64,000 nucleotides of DNA, from contig JAVJNR010000005.1 of the NCBI GenBank assembly GCA_040217195.1, positions 64,001-128,000 on the forward strand, read 5' to 3'. Of the stretch, positions 1-8,183 are shown piece after piece. Source of the DNA: Leptospiraceae bacterium. Lineage in GTDB: Bacteria > Spirochaetota > Leptospiria > Leptospirales > Leptonemataceae. Made by a program: the position numbers and the translations under genes. Position 1 is the stretch's first letter, and each line of letters opens with the position of its first letter. The notes beneath the pieces are model-generated. The model saw only the letters and a program-made list of their open reading frames with translations. It ran no database searches and was not told where the DNA came from.

Positions 1-793
1 TGAATGGAGTGTCAAGCATCTGTAGGCTTTCTGCATGTCCAATGAATAGATATCCACCCTTCACCAGCATCTCATAGAATCGATTCACCAGCTTCTCCTG
101 GTCCGTTCGATTGAAATAAATCATTACATTTCTACAAAAGATGCAGTGCTGACCCGGATGATTGGCTTCGAAAAGATTTTCAACATCGAAATGAATTTTC
201 TGCCGCAGATCCTGTCTTACCTGGTAGGCATCTTGATCCTCAAGCTTCCGAAAGTATCTACGCAGAATGCTTTCTGGAATCCTTTCAATCTTTCGGCCAC
301 TGTAAATACCGGTCCGCGCAAAATCCACCACTCGATTGGAAATGTCCGATCCCAGCAATTCCCATTCAAAATGGCCCAGACTCTTCATTGATTCAACAAT
401 TTCCATGGCAAGATTATAGGGCTCTTCGCCGGTGGAACAGCCAGCAGACCAGAATTTAAGTTTACTACCCCGATACTCCTTCACCAGATCCGGAAGTACA
501 TGCTTTTTCAATGCCTCAAAATTCTGGGTAGTTCTCCAGAAGTAGGACTCATTGGTTGTAACCGCTTCCAGGAAATGAACCATTTCCTGCTGAGCAGTAG
601 CTTCATCATTTATATAGGCGAAATATTCATCGTAGGACCCCAGAGAAAGCGCTCTCAAACGTTTTCGCAATCGATTGGATAATAGTGTAACCTTATGATC
701 CTTTAGATGGATGTAGGCCTTTTCATGGATCAGTTTCGCAAATCTCTGAAATTGCTCCAGGGTTAGGTCGGGGATCTCTGAAAAGGATGTCAT
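1..793 (-). CDS. cheR: Chemotaxis protein-glutamate methyltransferase CheR (3' end runs off window)
   Basis: Hand translation from ATG at 793 (ATGA overlap with upstream stop): MTSFSEIPDLTLEQFQRFAKLIHEKAYI...TTNESYFWR...KFWSAGCSTGEEPYNLAM...FCRNVMIYF...GGYLFIGHAESL, all canonical CheR motifs. Absent from the ORF track because there is no stop in the window. Confidence 0.95.
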   Translation of the reverse strand, partial: MTSFSEIPDLTLEQFQRFAKLIHEKAYIHLKDHKVTLLSNRLRKRLRALSLGSYDEYFAYINDEATAQQEMVHFLEAVTTNESYFWRTTQNFEALKKHVLPDLVKEYRGSKLKFWSAGCSTGEEPYNLAMEIVESMKSLGHFEWELLGSDISNRVVDFARTGIYSGRKIERIPESILRRYFRKLEDQDAYQVRQDLRQKIHFDVENLFEANHPGQHCIFCRNVMIYFNRTDQEKLVNRFYEMLVKGGYLFIGHAESLQMLDTPF

Positions 794-2214
794 GAGCGAA
801 TCTTACGAGTACGGCGGCGATTATCCCCGGGCTCAGATGGTAACTGTAGCACCAGGGCCACTTCCGAAGGAGGAAACCTGGTGGCACGAATGATATCTGG
901 CGGGTCAAAGCCCAGGGTGCCAAGCTCTCGTATTAGAACGGCTCGGGTTTGCGGACTTGTGTCAAGTAGATTGATGCCCGTGGATTCCAGAAATTCCTGA
1001 ACCCTGGCAATCCTTCTATCCTGGTCTGTACCGGGCTGAGTAGTCTCCAGGGGCTCATTGGATGCATACTCCGGGAGCTCATCCGCAACTGATTGCTGCT
1101 CGGAAAAAGATAACTCTCTCGACCGGCCGGATTCGTTCAAGTTCTGTCCTTTCTCAGGATCGGTCCGGTTCTGTGGGAACCCCTCTTTACCGTCATTGTC
1201 TTCATCGGATTTCCCCGGCGAGGTTGCAGACCCCTGGATGGTCTTTCTGTAGCTGCCTTCCGGATCCAGGCCAGACACATAATAATCCTTTCTCTGGTTT
1301 CGATGAGTTGCTGTGGACATGTAATCCTCTCCGGCGAAGCCCTCATCTTGCTGGATTGGCTCTGCATTTCTGCCAGTCGCTTTAGAGTCCCTCTGAAAGG
1401 CCGGCGCTCTGGACATCCGATCCACTTCCCGATCAAAAGCGCCTTTCTTTCTTTGATTCTCTGGGCCGGATTCTTCAGCCTGCGAATTTCCACCAAAGGT
1501 AAAAGCCTCACTGTTGATTCCCAGAACCCGGCCTACCATTCCACCGATTCGAGCAAGTAATCCAGATGAGCCGGGTTCTTCTTTTTCTCTGAGGACTGGC
1601 ATTCTTGATTCCCGGGATGGTCCTCTGGAATTACCAAAGTCTTCCTCTTCTGCGCTGCTGACCTGAATTACATCTTCCTGCATGCCAGCCAGCAGACGCT
1701 CCATATGCCGACCCTCGGACGCCAACTCCTGGGAATCCTCTTCAAAGTCCTGGCTTCCGTAGGTATTGGATTCTTCGCTTGCATAGGCCCGAAGATTATC
1801 GGACTGATTATCAATTTTTCGCCTGGAGCGAGGTTCGAAATCTGCCGGCTGTCCGGGACTTGAATCTGCTTTTGGGTCCACTGAATCAGGAATAACCAGC
1901 TCTGGATTGGGGCCGGTCTTTCGCTTTCGTTTAGATTTCTTGAGGTTGCGGTCGAATTCTTCGTTTGCCTTTTCCAGTCTCTTCAACACATCTTCAGATC
2001 TGCGTAACTGTCTGTAGAAGTGCTGCGTTTTTTCATCCACAGCACTGGTAGCAGTATTGATATACTGGATGGTCATCTGCAGATTGTCATAGAAGGCTCG
2101 CGGCACCCGATTCTTTCTTTCTTTATCCAGAGCCATCCGAAAACGTATAGAGAATGCGACATAAATCAGAAATGAGATTATGAGATTTACTGTAATTAAT
2201 ATGGCCAGTTCCAT
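790..2214 (-). CDS. Membrane-anchored coiled-coil/disordered protein with C-terminal HTH-like (DUF2802/DUF6115-like) module
   Basis: N-terminal TM helix, coiled coil, long polar linker, C-terminal 'LGFDPPDIIRATRFPPSEVALVLQL'; position between the fapA cluster and cheR. Confidence 0.6.
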   Translation of the reverse strand: MELAILITVNLIISFLIYVAFSIRFRMALDKERKNRVPRAFYDNLQMTIQYINTATSAVDEKTQHFYRQLRRSEDVLKRLEKANEEFDRNLKKSKRKRKTGPNPELVIPDSVDPKADSSPGQPADFEPRSRRKIDNQSDNLRAYASEESNTYGSQDFEEDSQELASEGRHMERLLAGMQEDVIQVSSAEEEDFGNSRGPSRESRMPVLREKEEPGSSGLLARIGGMVGRVLGINSEAFTFGGNSQAEESGPENQRKKGAFDREVDRMSRAPAFQRDSKATGRNAEPIQQDEGFAGEDYMSTATHRNQRKDYYVSGLDPEGSYRKTIQGSATSPGKSDEDNDGKEGFPQNRTDPEKGQNLNESGRSRELSFSEQQSVADELPEYASNEPLETTQPGTDQDRRIARVQEFLESTGINLLDTSPQTRAVLIRELGTLGFDPPDIIRATRFPPSEVALVLQLPSEPGDNRRRTRKIRS

Positions 2215-2298
2215 TTCCGGTATTCTCGTTTTCTATATTAGCTCAGCTCAGAAGATTCAACGGTTAGTGTATTCGGCCAGCTGCTGATATCTACGGCC

Positions 2299-2646
2299 TC
2301 AAGCGGTCTGATCGAAGTAAAGCGACTCTACCGCACGGTTTTGCCGCCCCCAGCCCAGGTTTTCGTACACTGTGGCAGGCTCCCTGTCTAGCTCTCTTTT
2401 TTCGCTTTTGTTCTCGGTGCGCCGATTGCCTTGATATCGAGCATCCTCCCGCCTTACAGCAGGATTCTGGCTCTCCATGGCCGCCTGGTTTTGCATGACC
2501 TGGGAGGGACGAACAAGATTTTCCTGTCTAGCCCGGCCCATATCCTGCATTTGCCGGTACACAGTCCCTGCCGTTTCGGCGGACTGGGTCCTGGCCTGCT
2601 CGGGTAGCGCATGAAGGGCCACCTGCATGTCCAGTGGGCGTAGCAT
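2299..2646 (-). CDS. Small conserved hypothetical protein downstream of fapA
   Basis: 115-aa ORF; N-terminus 'MLRPLDMQV' resembles small ORFs that follow DUF342 genes in flagellated bacteria; 15 nt after the fapA stop. Confidence 0.65.
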   Translation of the reverse strand: MLRPLDMQVALHALPEQARTQSAETAGTVYRQMQDMGRARQENLVRPSQVMQNQAAMESQNPAVRREDARYQGNRRTENKSEKRELDREPATVYENLGWGRQNRAVESLYFDQTA

Positions 2647-2661
2647 GTCTCTTTCCGGCGG

Positions 2662-4650
2662 TTATCTCCGGCGATTGTATCGGGAACTGGATTCCAGATC
2701 CTTCTCCAATTTACCTATTTTAACATAACCATTATCGTACGTCAATGTCACCCCGTTATAGGTATCAGAAATATTCTGGGCTGCATTTCGGATGGTTACC
2801 ACCACTCCAGGGTGCAATTCCCGCTCTGCATGGACTTTGCCTTCCGCTCCCAGTTCTTCCATGTGCTCATCCAGCCGGCCCAGCTCCTCTTTTAGCTCAT
2901 TGCATTTCCCTTCCAGCTCGGACACTTCCTTCTCATTTTCTTCGAGCTTGGATTCCTGTTCCAGGCCAAAGCCCTCCGGATCCGCTTTCTTTCGTGCCTG
3001 TAAAGTGGCCATGGTTTTCTGGCCTTTCCTTAGCTGATCTTCCGACTCCTGTAGCATTTTACTTAATTCTTCGTGCTGGGACAGGATTCTGGGATCGGTT
3101 CCCACGGTGATTTCTGTGGCCGTGTATGCCTGGGAGCCTATGGTTCTGGCCCGCACTTCCCGGGTGGCCCGAATGTTTCCGCCCACAATTTGAGCCCTTC
3201 GACCGTTGCAGATGATCTTTCCACCGGCTTCCACGTTGCTATGTAGAATTCCTTCCTGTACAATCACATCGCCGGTTACAACTACAGAGGCATTCTGAAT
3301 AAATTTGGCAAATACTGAGCCGCCGGTGGATTCGATGTGAGCCTCTTCGCGCCCCAGGATACCGGCCTGAACCACCACATCTCCTTCTGCCTCAATCCTG
3401 GCTTTCTGTACCGAACCGCCTACTTCCACATTACCGGCCGCTTTCACTTCATAGTTATCCAGGACATTTCCACCAATCACTACAGAACCCAGAAACATTA
3501 TATTTCCTGTTTTGGGTCCAACATCGCCCACTACGCGATACACCGGTTCAACCGATATCTTACCCGAGCTAAATACTACCTGACCATTGATTTCTGCAGT
3601 CAATCGCATGCGATCGTCGGATAGAATTGTATTACGCCCCTGACGCAATTCCACATCTTTTCCGTCTCTGGCTTCCACAATACGATTCAATAGAGTTCGA
3701 CCGGCTACACCCTGCTGGGCTGGCATCTTCTCGGCCAGAATCTGCCCCACCACAACGTTCTCCACTAGATGCATTTGCTTGAAGTCTACTTTGCCAGCTT
3801 CATCTTCTTCCAGCTGAAAATCCTTCTTGATGTTCACCTTGTAGTCTATGTATGCATCTTTACCATGCTTGGCCGGTTGTCCCTGAGCCGCCAGGATCTC
3901 CTGCATATACATCTCATCGTCCAGAGCCTTCTTGATTTCATCTTCATTGAATCCAATTACCACTCCATGACTCTTAAGCGCATTTACCACATCCTGCACT
4001 TCCAGGTCCCTTCCACCAGGCTTGGGCGGAGTAATCTTTACATAGGCCTTCATTTCGTCTGGAGTGATTTCAACTTTGCAGGTGGAATCCGCTTCCGGCC
4101 GGGCTATATAATTACCAATCTTGATTGGCTCTCCCTTTTGATCTTTTATTGCTTTCTGGACTCCTCGCTGATCGAAGCTCATGACTCCACGTTTCTCCAG
4201 CTTCATGAATGCTTCATCTTCAGAAACGGATCTTCCATCTCCCAGGGGAGGAAATACAATAACATAGATACCAGATTTGTAGACCTTTACCAGTACTCGG
4301 CCATCTCGATGTTTGGGAGTCACATATTGATCCAGGTCTTCGGATAGTAGGCGATCTCCCACACCCAGCTTCATGGAAAACTCTTCCAGATCTGCGAACT
4401 GATGTTGTGGAGGAAGTACGCTGACAAGTATGCGAAAGGGCTTGGGACTCAGGAAGGATTGCTTTCCCCTTTCGATGATCTCATAATCCAGAGTGGAAAG
4501 ATCTTTGCCCAGATGACTGGCCGCTCGATTGAGACAGGAAGCGATGGAAAGTCCCACAACTTCAACCCTATCTTTCACAAGATCTGGAATATCCTCTTCC
4601 GATCCCAGTAATGCAGCCTTCAGGCGATCCATTAGCTGAAAGAATGCCAT
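2662..4650 (-). CDS. fapA: FapA/DUF342 family flagellar assembly protein with Jag_N-like N-terminus
   Basis: DUF342 features (PAKHGKD, 'VVGDVGPKTGNIMFLGSVVIGGNV' beta-helix, C-terminal coiled coil, 'LHPGVVVTI'); ATG at 4650 with a GAGGG RBS preferred over the track start at 4668. Confidence 0.88.
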   Translation of the reverse strand: MAFFQLMDRLKAALLGSEEDIPDLVKDRVEVVGLSIASCLNRAASHLGKDLSTLDYEIIERGKQSFLSPKPFRILVSVLPPQHQFADLEEFSMKLGVGDRLLSEDLDQYVTPKHRDGRVLVKVYKSGIYVIVFPPLGDGRSVSEDEAFMKLEKRGVMSFDQRGVQKAIKDQKGEPIKIGNYIARPEADSTCKVEITPDEMKAYVKITPPKPGGRDLEVQDVVNALKSHGVVIGFNEDEIKKALDDEMYMQEILAAQGQPAKHGKDAYIDYKVNIKKDFQLEEDEAGKVDFKQMHLVENVVVGQILAEKMPAQQGVAGRTLLNRIVEARDGKDVELRQGRNTILSDDRMRLTAEINGQVVFSSGKISVEPVYRVVGDVGPKTGNIMFLGSVVIGGNVLDNYEVKAAGNVEVGGSVQKARIEAEGDVVVQAGILGREEAHIESTGGSVFAKFIQNASVVVTGDVIVQEGILHSNVEAGGKIICNGRRAQIVGGNIRATREVRARTIGSQAYTATEITVGTDPRILSQHEELSKMLQESEDQLRKGQKTMATLQARKKADPEGFGLEQESKLEENEKEVSELEGKCNELKEELGRLDEHMEELGAEGKVHAERELHPGVVVTIRNAAQNISDTYNGVTLTYDNGYVKIGKLEKDLESSSRYNRRR

Positions 4651-4684
4651 GCCCTCAGGACCTGGCAAGCAAGATTCCCTCTAT

Positions 4685-5465
4685 CTAGCTGGCATGTTGA
4701 GAAACCAGGGGAAGCTTCAAATCTCCCTCTTTAATTGAGGCTCGCAGTTGATGTGGCTGAACGGCCTGCTTGTTTAGAATTTCATCGAAGGTTTGCCGAT
4801 TGGTTTTCACGCCTTCCTTTAAAGGGATCAAAAAACGGCCTACTGTATGAGCTGTGGCAGGATCGTAGTGAATGGTAAAACTTCTGGAATCCAGGCCTAC
4901 CTGTCTGAGGAGTATTTCGATCATGGCAATGCCCATGCCGGCCCCTTCAATATGGTCGCTGAATTCCATGTAATAATCGTAGAGATTATCGATGGAAGCG
5001 CTGGTTTTGAATTTTTCTCTGATACGAGCTTCTTCCGAAGGATACAGAGGAAACCGATTCTCCACTGAAAAAAGCAAAACATCCGTCATTGGCTGGATAA
5101 CAATTCTGGTATAAATATCCTCCGCCCTCAGTCGGCTTTGATATTCTGCAATCCGGCTTTCCACCAGACTGTCCCGAAAAAACTGCATTCCTTCTTCGTA
5201 TTGCTCCGGATTTGTAGGATCCAGGTTCAGATCATGGAATACAATGCGCTTCAGATTGGCTTTGGCAGCATTCTGTACAAGCTCTCGGATGGCCGCATGC
5301 ACCGGGCCTACCAGATCATCTTTTCCGTAATGGGTCAGGACCTCGTGGATGGCACCTTCCAGGTCCCTTTCTCCCTTTTCCTTGAGATGATAGGTGATAG
5401 GTGATAAGGACGATTCGCTTTTGTGACCGAACAGCCTGCTTGATCCTTTCGGTCACGGCCTGCAT
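4685..5465 (-). pseudogene. Frameshifted HATPase_c-like (histidine-kinase-like ATPase fold) gene
   Basis: ATG at 5465 reads MQAVTERIKQAVRSQKRIVLITY, then shifts frame at a TGATAGG x2 repeat (5388-5401) and stops at 5316. Removing one 7-mer gives ...ITYHLKEKGERDLEGAIHEVLTHYGKDDLVGPVHAAIRELVQNAAKAN..., continuous with the 205-aa ORF (N-box ELVQNA, G-box EGAGMG). Confidence 0.75.
5388..5408 (+). repeat. Heptanucleotide tandem repeat TGATAGG-TGATAGG-TGATAAG
   Basis: Read directly from the sequence; coincides with the frameshift point. Confidence 0.95.
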
Positions 5466-5541
5466 ACAGTCGAAAAGAGCATATAGGCCATTTTTTTTCT
5501 ACTATTTTCCTGCTCCCTTCCCGGCGCAGAATCAGGCTGAT

Positions 5542-6897
5542 TCAGGAAATCCTGGATTTAAGAGCCTGTCGCACCTGCTCCACATCGGCAGGAAGGCGTA
5601 CAGGTGAATTTCCGTAAACAGGGCTGACATCGGACAGAGTTCCTTCATGATAGCCGGTCTTGAATTCCGAGAATTTTAATCCATGGGCCGTAGAGATAAC
5701 CACCACACTTTCACTGGATTTAATGGTGCCGGAATCCACCAGCTTTCGAGTGCAGGCAAGAGCTACCCCGGTATGAGGATCGTTGAATAGACCATGAAGA
5801 TCGGCGCCTGCAGCAGCATTGGCCAGTTCATCTTCCGTGGCCTGCTCCACTACACCGTGAAAATCCTGGAGGGCTCGAACGGCACGGGGATAGCTTACCG
5901 GATTTCCAATTTGAATGGCACTTGCCAGAGTCTTGCCGGCCTGGACCTTTTGCAGATCCTGTAAACCTTTCTGATAGCTCAAATATAGCGGATTGGCCCG
6001 CGAAGACTGAGCAACGCAAATCTTGGGTACTCGATCTACCATTCCGTTTTCTTTTAACAGTCTGATTCCCTGCGCCAGGGCGCTAACATTTCCCAGGTTA
6101 CCTCCTGGAATTACAATCCAATCCGGCAACTCCCACATTCGTTGCTGGGCCAGTTCAACACTGATGGTTTTTTGACCTTCAATTCGCAATGGATTCATGG
6201 AATTGGCCAGATAGATGGATTCATCTCTGGTAACCTCTCGCACGATTTCCATACAACCGTCAAAGTCTGTATCCAGACTGACTACAATAGCTCCGTTGGA
6301 TAGAGGCTGCACCAGCTGTGCTGTGGAGATTTTACCTTCTGGTAGAAATACGATTACCGGAATATTGGCTGCCGCTGCATAGGCCGATAGAGCGGCACTG
6401 GTATCGCCGGTGGATGCGCAGGCCACGGCCTTAATTGGAATTCCCCTGGCCCGGAGGGACACTACATGGCTTACAAGCACTGTCATACCCAGATCTTTAA
6501 ATGATCCGGTATGCGAAACTCCGCATTGCTTAACTTCCAGTGAGGCAAGTCCCCATTCTTTTGCCAGCCTGGGCAATGGAATTAGTGGAGTTGCACCTTC
6601 CCCCAGGGATATTACATGCTCCGGGTCTATTTCAGGAAGAACCCATTCCTTTTTGCCCCATACACCGGATGAAAAAGGATATCGGGAATGCCGAAATCTT
6701 GCAGAAAAGGTCTCTTTCCATTTTTCTGCGTCTATTTGCTTTAGAGATTCCAGGTCATGCACTACGTCGATAAGACCATCGCATTTTCTACAACGGTAAA
6801 GTACCTGATGCAGCTCATAGGTCTCTGCGCATTCAATACATTGTAGATGGGCTTTAAAAGGAATGGAGGCAGTTAACTGTTCCATGGTGAGAGTCAA
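5542..6897 (-). CDS. thrC: Threonine synthase
   Basis: PLP lysine motif SHTGSFKDLGM, CASTGDTSAA, PGGNLGN, DPHTGVA, STAHGLKF; N-terminal CxxC...CxxC. The start may be ATG 6885. Confidence 0.95.
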   Translation of the reverse strand: MTLTMEQLTASIPFKAHLQCIECAETYELHQVLYRCRKCDGLIDVVHDLESLKQIDAEKWKETFSARFRHSRYPFSSGVWGKKEWVLPEIDPEHVISLGEGATPLIPLPRLAKEWGLASLEVKQCGVSHTGSFKDLGMTVLVSHVVSLRARGIPIKAVACASTGDTSAALSAYAAAANIPVIVFLPEGKISTAQLVQPLSNGAIVVSLDTDFDGCMEIVREVTRDESIYLANSMNPLRIEGQKTISVELAQQRMWELPDWIVIPGGNLGNVSALAQGIRLLKENGMVDRVPKICVAQSSRANPLYLSYQKGLQDLQKVQAGKTLASAIQIGNPVSYPRAVRALQDFHGVVEQATEDELANAAAGADLHGLFNDPHTGVALACTRKLVDSGTIKSSESVVVISTAHGLKFSEFKTGYHEGTLSDVSPVYGNSPVRLPADVEQVRQALKSRIS

Positions 6898-6910
6898 AAA
6901 AATGCTCGGA

Positions 6911-7561
6911 TCAAGAAGCGGAAGCCTTTTCCTCTTCTATCTTGATTCGACTGAATGAGAAGATTCCCTTCTTATTTCTGGTTTTGGAATCCAGGCCAGG
7001 AAAGATACGTTTAAGCTCCAGAAGAAACTTCATTTTCTCCTCTCCCATGCGATTCATAACAAAGCGGGTACTTAGTTCAAATTCCACATACTGAATGGGT
7101 CGGCCATCCCGAACCATGGCGGCTATTCGGAATCCGGCCGGGTGTCCAATCAACTCACGGCTTTCAAATACTTCTTTGCCACGCATCATTTCCAGATGAC
7201 GGGCATGGGGCGCTCTAAAGAATACAGGACCGCCGGATTCAACGGTAATCTGGTATTCTTCCAGATCCCTTTCCTTCAAAAAGTCCAGCCTCAGGTGATC
7301 TTCTTTAATTCCCACCAGTCGAGTGGCAACCGTACCATCCAGCTGACCCACAATTACAGTCTTTCGGCGTTCTTTATGATCTATGATGATGTCTTGAATG
7401 TAGCCCTCTTTAGGAGGTGGCGCATTTCTATCCTGCATTGTAGTCAGCACAGGAGCCAGAATGTAACGAAAAAAAGCGAAAAGTAGAAACAGTCCACTGA
7501 CTATGGCCAGGATCCAGAGCAGGATATCCACAGCCAGGGGGATAACGATGCCCGGGGCCAT
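6911..7561 (-). CDS. Hypothetical single-pass membrane protein with beta-rich soluble domain
   Basis: N-terminal hydrophobic helix; tightly coupled to the upstream lipoprotein gene (1-nt gap). Confidence 0.75.
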   Translation of the reverse strand: MAPGIVIPLAVDILLWILAIVSGLFLLFAFFRYILAPVLTTMQDRNAPPPKEGYIQDIIIDHKERRKTVIVGQLDGTVATRLVGIKEDHLRLDFLKERDLEEYQITVESGGPVFFRAPHARHLEMMRGKEVFESRELIGHPAGFRIAAMVRDGRPIQYVEFELSTRFVMNRMGEEKMKFLLELKRIFPGLDSKTRNKKGIFSFSRIKIEEEKASAS

Positions 7562-7562
7562 A

Positions 7563-8111
7563 TCAAGACTTTTGATCCCGCAGGAACTCCAGGACTTTCT
7601 GTCTTGCTTCTTCCGGGGTCAGATCGGGATCCTTCTTAATCCGCCATTCATAGCGAACCATGAATTCCCTGGGCTGCACAATGCCAGATTTAAAACCGAA
7701 TTCGTAGCGCATCAAATCATCCCGGAACATGATACTTGCCTGCCAGGCCCTGGGGGACTTGCCACCTTCATAATCCACATTCTCAATCATTCCAGTCTGG
7801 GGATTCAGCTTCACTCGTAGAAGGCCTTGATGTGTAAAATCCTTGAAATCCCATTTCTCATCGTATTCACGGAAGAGCTTATGGTTTTCTTTTCTGGCCA
7901 GAGGAGCCGGTCGAGCATAGATCTGATCTTCAGCAGCCACCTGCCGCACTATATATTCATTTTCGGTTATCAGTACTCGGAAGACTTCATCTTCTGCCGG
8001 AGCTTCTTTAAAGAATTCATCGTCTACCGCTGTAGGAAACTGAGTTTCCGGAGCAATACAGGCGCCCAGAACTACAATAAGAGCAGACTTGAAGAATAAT
8101 ACCTTTCGCAT
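7563..8111 (-). CDS. Lipoprotein resembling the leptospiral LA_2219-type (TonB-C-like) family
   Basis: Signal peptide with lipobox VLGA-C; 'EVFRVLITENEYIVRQV' and 'VKLNPQTGMIENV...KSPR' recall this family. Family call is from memory only. Confidence 0.6.
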   Translation of the reverse strand: MRKVLFFKSALIVVLGACIAPETQFPTAVDDEFFKEAPAEDEVFRVLITENEYIVRQVAAEDQIYARPAPLARKENHKLFREYDEKWDFKDFTHQGLLRVKLNPQTGMIENVDYEGGKSPRAWQASIMFRDDLMRYEFGFKSGIVQPREFMVRYEWRIKKDPDLTPEEARQKVLEFLRDQKS

Positions 8112-8183
8112 TTGAATTAAGCCTCAAACAGTTGGGCCTGAACTGACCCGGTTTCACCATTAATTGAGACGACACTGGAGCCG

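Noticed and set aside
2270..2300. GCCGAATA (minus strand) as a sigma28 -10 box before the 474-aa gene
   Set aside because: No TAAA-like -35 element at 15-16 nt spacing.
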